DNA of 63,647 nucleotides, counting the filler, from Folioceros fuciformis (Eukaryota), in the NCBI GenBank assembly GCA_049999805.1. It is 4 parts of 4 records of this genome, joined end to end, with 100 filler letters (N's around TTAATTAATTAA, not from the genome) between each part and the next. Parts side by side here need not be neighbours in the genome. Positions count along the whole stretch, not along the records: positions 38,386 to 63,647 come from JBNGIO010005452.1; 3 more parts are not named here. The stretch is one strand, 5' to 3'. A program made the position numbers and the translations under genes. How positions within the stretch are numbered: position 1 is the first letter of the stretch; each line of letters starts with the position of its first letter. The notes beneath the pieces are model-generated. The model was not told where the DNA came from. It saw nothing but the letters and a program-made list of their open reading frames with translations, and did no database searches. Below, piece after piece: positions 59,714-63,647 of the stretch.

Positions 59714-62700
59714 ATGGCGGAGCAGGAGGACTATGACTGCCGGAAAAGCTGCAACAGCTGCTGGCAGATCTGGAAGGGCACGCCTTGACCAAACTCCCCG
59801 ACTTGGACGGAGAGGAGTACGGCGATTTCTTCAGAGAGGGAGCTTCAACGAGCACGGATGGCAGGCACTGGCTGGTGCGCAAGCGGGTATTGACAGCTAT
59901 TGGCCAGTGCCGCAGTCTCCGCGGCGGCCTGAAGATATCTGAACGGTGGGGGGTCGGCATCGGTCGGGAGGATGAATGCGCGATTCTGTTGGAGGGCCTG
60001 GCATCCAACCCTTCCCTGGAAGCTCTCCATCTGTTTGGGTGCTCAGGTTTTGGAAGGCTGGCGGGTTGCAAGACCCTGGGCCAGCTTATTGCTTCCAGTG
60101 GCAGCTTGCGACGGCTGAAGGCACGCGCGATCATGCTTGATGCCGCTGGACTTGGTGCCCTGGTCGATGGCTTCAACCAGGATTCTGCCCTGGAGTATTT
60201 GAACCTAGGCTATAACAAAGTGGGAGATGGTGAAGGGGCACAGCACCTGGCTCGCATGCTGGCCACCGCTCCCGGTCTCAATGTCCTGAATCTGCGCCAT
60301 ACCGAAATGGATGAGGCGGGAGCCCAGTGTATTGCAAACGCTCTTCCGCTCTGTGCCTCGCTGCGGGAGCTTTCCTTGGATGATAACTATCGGGATGAGC
60401 GTAATGCAGTTAGGGGTTCTGCACAGGGCAACCCGGGGCCCCTGAGCACTGTGTTGAAACTGGCTTTCACCCGTGCTGATACTAAGGCTGATGCTCCCAT
60501 ATCTGGGGTCACCAAGCTGACGTTGGATATCGGGAACAGAGAGGAGGCAGGCCTGGCCGACGCGCTGGCCGGAATGTTGCGCACCAACGATTGTATCACG
60601 GACCTTTCGATCAGCGGTTTTGTTGTCAATTTCGGCCTGGACGTCTGGCACCACAACTCCACCTTCTCCATACTTAAGTTCTCCGACTATGAGGGTGACG
60701 AGTCGTTAAGTGAATTTTCGATGTCGTTTCTGGAATGCAAATCATTAGGCAACCTGTTTTTGGAAGAGATTAGGTGGCCGTCTTTCATGAAAGCGTTGGT
60801 GCAGCCTTTGGCGAAAAATACATCTTTGAATGAGTTGTATATTCGGTATTGCTGGAGACTTGACGATGAGCTGTTCAAAGAATTGATGCAGTCCCTCCAA
60901 GTCAACACCACTTTACAGAAGATCCAGATAACGGACACAAACTGGGGGAGAGAGGGAAAGCAGGCCATCATCAACGCGACGTTGGCAAGCAATGTTATTC
61001 ACAGGGCCTACTGGCCTTTGCTTTTGGAGGGGCAAGAGGCTGTGAAGACCAGGGTCGGCCGCCTTTTCCTGTGCGGTGCACCTTACGCAGGGAAGACCAC
61101 TCCCCTAAACACCATGATCACCGCATGGCGCGCATCACTCAACCTGTCGCTTCTTGTCACCCTCCGGGAACAACTATCTTCAGCTTGGGGATGGATATGT
61201 TCCTGCAGCCGTTTCGGAACTGTGCCGAGAACGGAAGGCATAGAAATCGAGGTGCTGCGCAACGACGACGAGATGGAAGTTACTATTTGGGATCTGGCTG
61301 GACAAGCTCACCACCGAGCTCCGCAAGACTACTTGTTCCCAAGCTTTAACCAGACACGTGTCTTCCTGTTCACATTCAACCCACTTGGTGCCCACAAGCC
61401 TGGCGAACCCCTTCCGTCCGATGAAATGCTGCTGGACACGTTCAGAAACGGCTTCGAGTTTTGGCTTAGATTCAACCACTCCAATTCTCGCAACGTGGGT
61501 TCCTGTTTGCCTCGGGTATTTGTGGTTGTCACTCATATGCATCGGATGGAGGATCTGCACGCGAAATTACTGGTTGGTCTGCTGCAACCAATTGTGGAAG
61601 ACTTGGCCAAGATTTTCGAGGAGGTACTTCTTATCAGGACAACGCCTTTCTTCATGGATGCTCGATCTAAACAAACTGTGCAGCCTTTTCTGGAGCAGCT
61701 ATTCCAATCATTGCAAGAGCTATTTGCGCTTCCTCTGTTTTGGGTTCCGCAGGCGTGCAATCGATTGAGTGCTGCTTTGACTCACTGGGTATCTCAAAAT
61801 CCAGGTCAGCCTCTGGTGACGAAGGAGAGATGCGAAAAGCTGTATAACGCACATGATGAGCAACGCTTTCAAGCAATTCTTGCCTATCTGCACAATGCAG
61901 GCCGGGTCATCTGGTTCCAAGATGCAGATGTAGATGCTGTGGTGGTAAATCCACACTGGATCAGTCATTCATTCCTGGGCCGCCTCATTCAGCGCCTAGC
62001 AGGACAGCCTTCCTTGGGGAGGTCGCGAGACCGTGGATTTGTTGCTGAAGACCTCATCAAAGACACCTTGGCCCGGATCCTCAAGGACACGCACGTGGCC
62101 GACAGGATTCGTGTTGAAGATTTGGTGTCATTGATGATGAGACAGACTGAACTTGTGCTATCGGGATGATGCGAATCCAAGACCTGGATTCTTCGTTCCC
62201 TTCACCTTGGATGACGCCGAAGGTAAAGCTCTTCGTGGGGAACGACAGCTACACTGGGACTGGGAAATGGCGGGCCAGTACAATCACGTGGGCAGGCGGC
62301 TACAATGCCGAGATGAAACCAAGACGTTTCTCGGTCCAGGCTTCTTTCCAAGATTCCAAGTATGTTACCTTGTGAACTGTCTCTGTGATCTGTCTCTGTG
62401 ATTTATCCTCTCTTGGGTTTCCTGACAATATCGATAACGGTTGTGCATTGCAGGTCAAGTTACGACAGATCTTGATCGATGGGCTCTCCGGTATGGAGTC
62501 TCATCAATATCGCATTGCCCGTAACTTGATAGAATTTAAGTATGATGGTATGGATATATTCTAGGAGAGTAGCGGGGATATTGGGGAGGAGACCGGGGAC
62601 ATTGGCGATCGTGTGGACATTTTGATGAGGTCCCTCAGGAGCAAGGACGATACGATTCACTTTCTCCAGAAGCAGATTGTTGCGGAGTTGAGAACATTTT

Positions 62701-63647
62701 GTGCTTCTCCTGAAGGTAGTCCTGGAGTTCAGCTTGTAGAAGGGATCATCAGGACCGAGTGTGTAGAGAAGCTCACACCTTGTATTTACCGACACAATCA
62801 GTCAGTTCTCACACACAGGTTGATGGAGTCCTTTTTCAAAAGCCCGCAGACCTCGCAGATTTCCCCCGGTTCGGATCTGCCACCTCACTTCCACGTCTGG
62901 CCAGCTGCAGAAAGGCCTGAAGCCAGTCTACGCTGTGCACAAGAGGATGCCAGAAACTTCTTAAGTAGCGGTGAGGTTGAAAATGTTTTGAAGACGTGGC
63001 GGACAGGACTGGCGCTCAATGCAACAAGTGGACTTTCAGCTGGGTCAAGTCACTCACAGGGATCGCCTCACATGGAGTCAGTGCAGGAACTATCATATCC
63101 AAACCGAAGGGTGAAAGTAGGTGAGCGGAGAGGTCTGGCAATAGTTGTAAGTATGGAAGCAAACAGACCTGGTGGAGCGGCAGACAGGGGGCGACTTCAC
63201 GCTCTGCTCGAGAACTTGAAGTTTGATACAGACATCGTCGTGAACCGTCCACCTGAGGAAGTGAAATCAATGTTGGGAAAACTTCTCAGGGTCCGTCACC
63301 TAGCACAAGACGACTGCTTTCTGTTTTGCTTGAACGCCCATGGTGGGACTGATGAAGAAGGAAGGCAGTATGTTTGCTCAGGTGAAGCAGACAAGGCGGA
63401 GAAGCTTTATGTTTTTTTTTTTTTTTTGAAGCCCATCGCTGAATGCCAGTATTTGGCACACAAGCCTAAGGTGGTTGTCATAAATGCTTGTCGAGGAACT
63501 GGCCGTCTTGTCAAAGGCATGAAAGCACAGGGGTCGGGCCCCGCCGACCTTGTCACTACCAGCAAAGTCGAGGAGTCAGAGGTTGAGGGAAGCCAGGGTC
63601 TCAACAAGAGAACTCGACCCTTGTATCAGGCGAAAGATATTCTCACC
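59714..63647 (+). pseudogene. TORNADO1-like LRR-Roc-COR-caspase gene, copy B (disrupted; runs off the window end). Exons approx 59714-62359 and 62454->63647
   Basis: RI-like LRRs, GAPYAGKTT, WDLAGQ and the same intron position (FPRFQ|VKL). Caspase NAHGG (His 63339) and KPKVVVINACRG (Cys 63489). Lesions: frameshift near 59735, 4-bp CAGA insertion near 62143, TAG at 62562. Confidence 0.9.

Overview
Eukaryotic nuclear DNA from a gene-dense land-plant genome with short GT-AG introns of roughly 85-170 bp. I infer a non-seed plant, possibly a hornwort, but cannot prove it from the sequence. The first ~18 kb is mostly retrotransposon debris around a GT64/EPC1-like gene, including a degenerate Ty3/gypsy chromovirus on the minus strand. 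It is followed by a class III peroxidase pseudogene and genes for a DGS1/NCA2-like protein, a PHD+SPOC-like (AIPP2-like) protein, an mTERF, a GDSL lipase and a YIP4-like protein. The second half holds a PLS-class PPR pseudogene, an ING1-like gene, a SANT-gene fragment and transposon remnants. The stand-out is a small local family of TORNADO1-like LRR-Roc(GTPase)-COR genes whose C-terminus is a caspase domain. By motif reading the domain resembles animal-type caspases (HG...KPKVVVINACRG...DFLIVFST...SFRN...ILTRV...Q.P...TTLTGKLYW) rather than plant metacaspases. Copy A (38386-41554) is open but has Ser at the catalytic Cys position. Copy B (59714-end) keeps the His-Cys dyad but has frameshifts and a stop. 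Two more relics lie between them. All family assignments come from reading motifs by eye; no searches were run.
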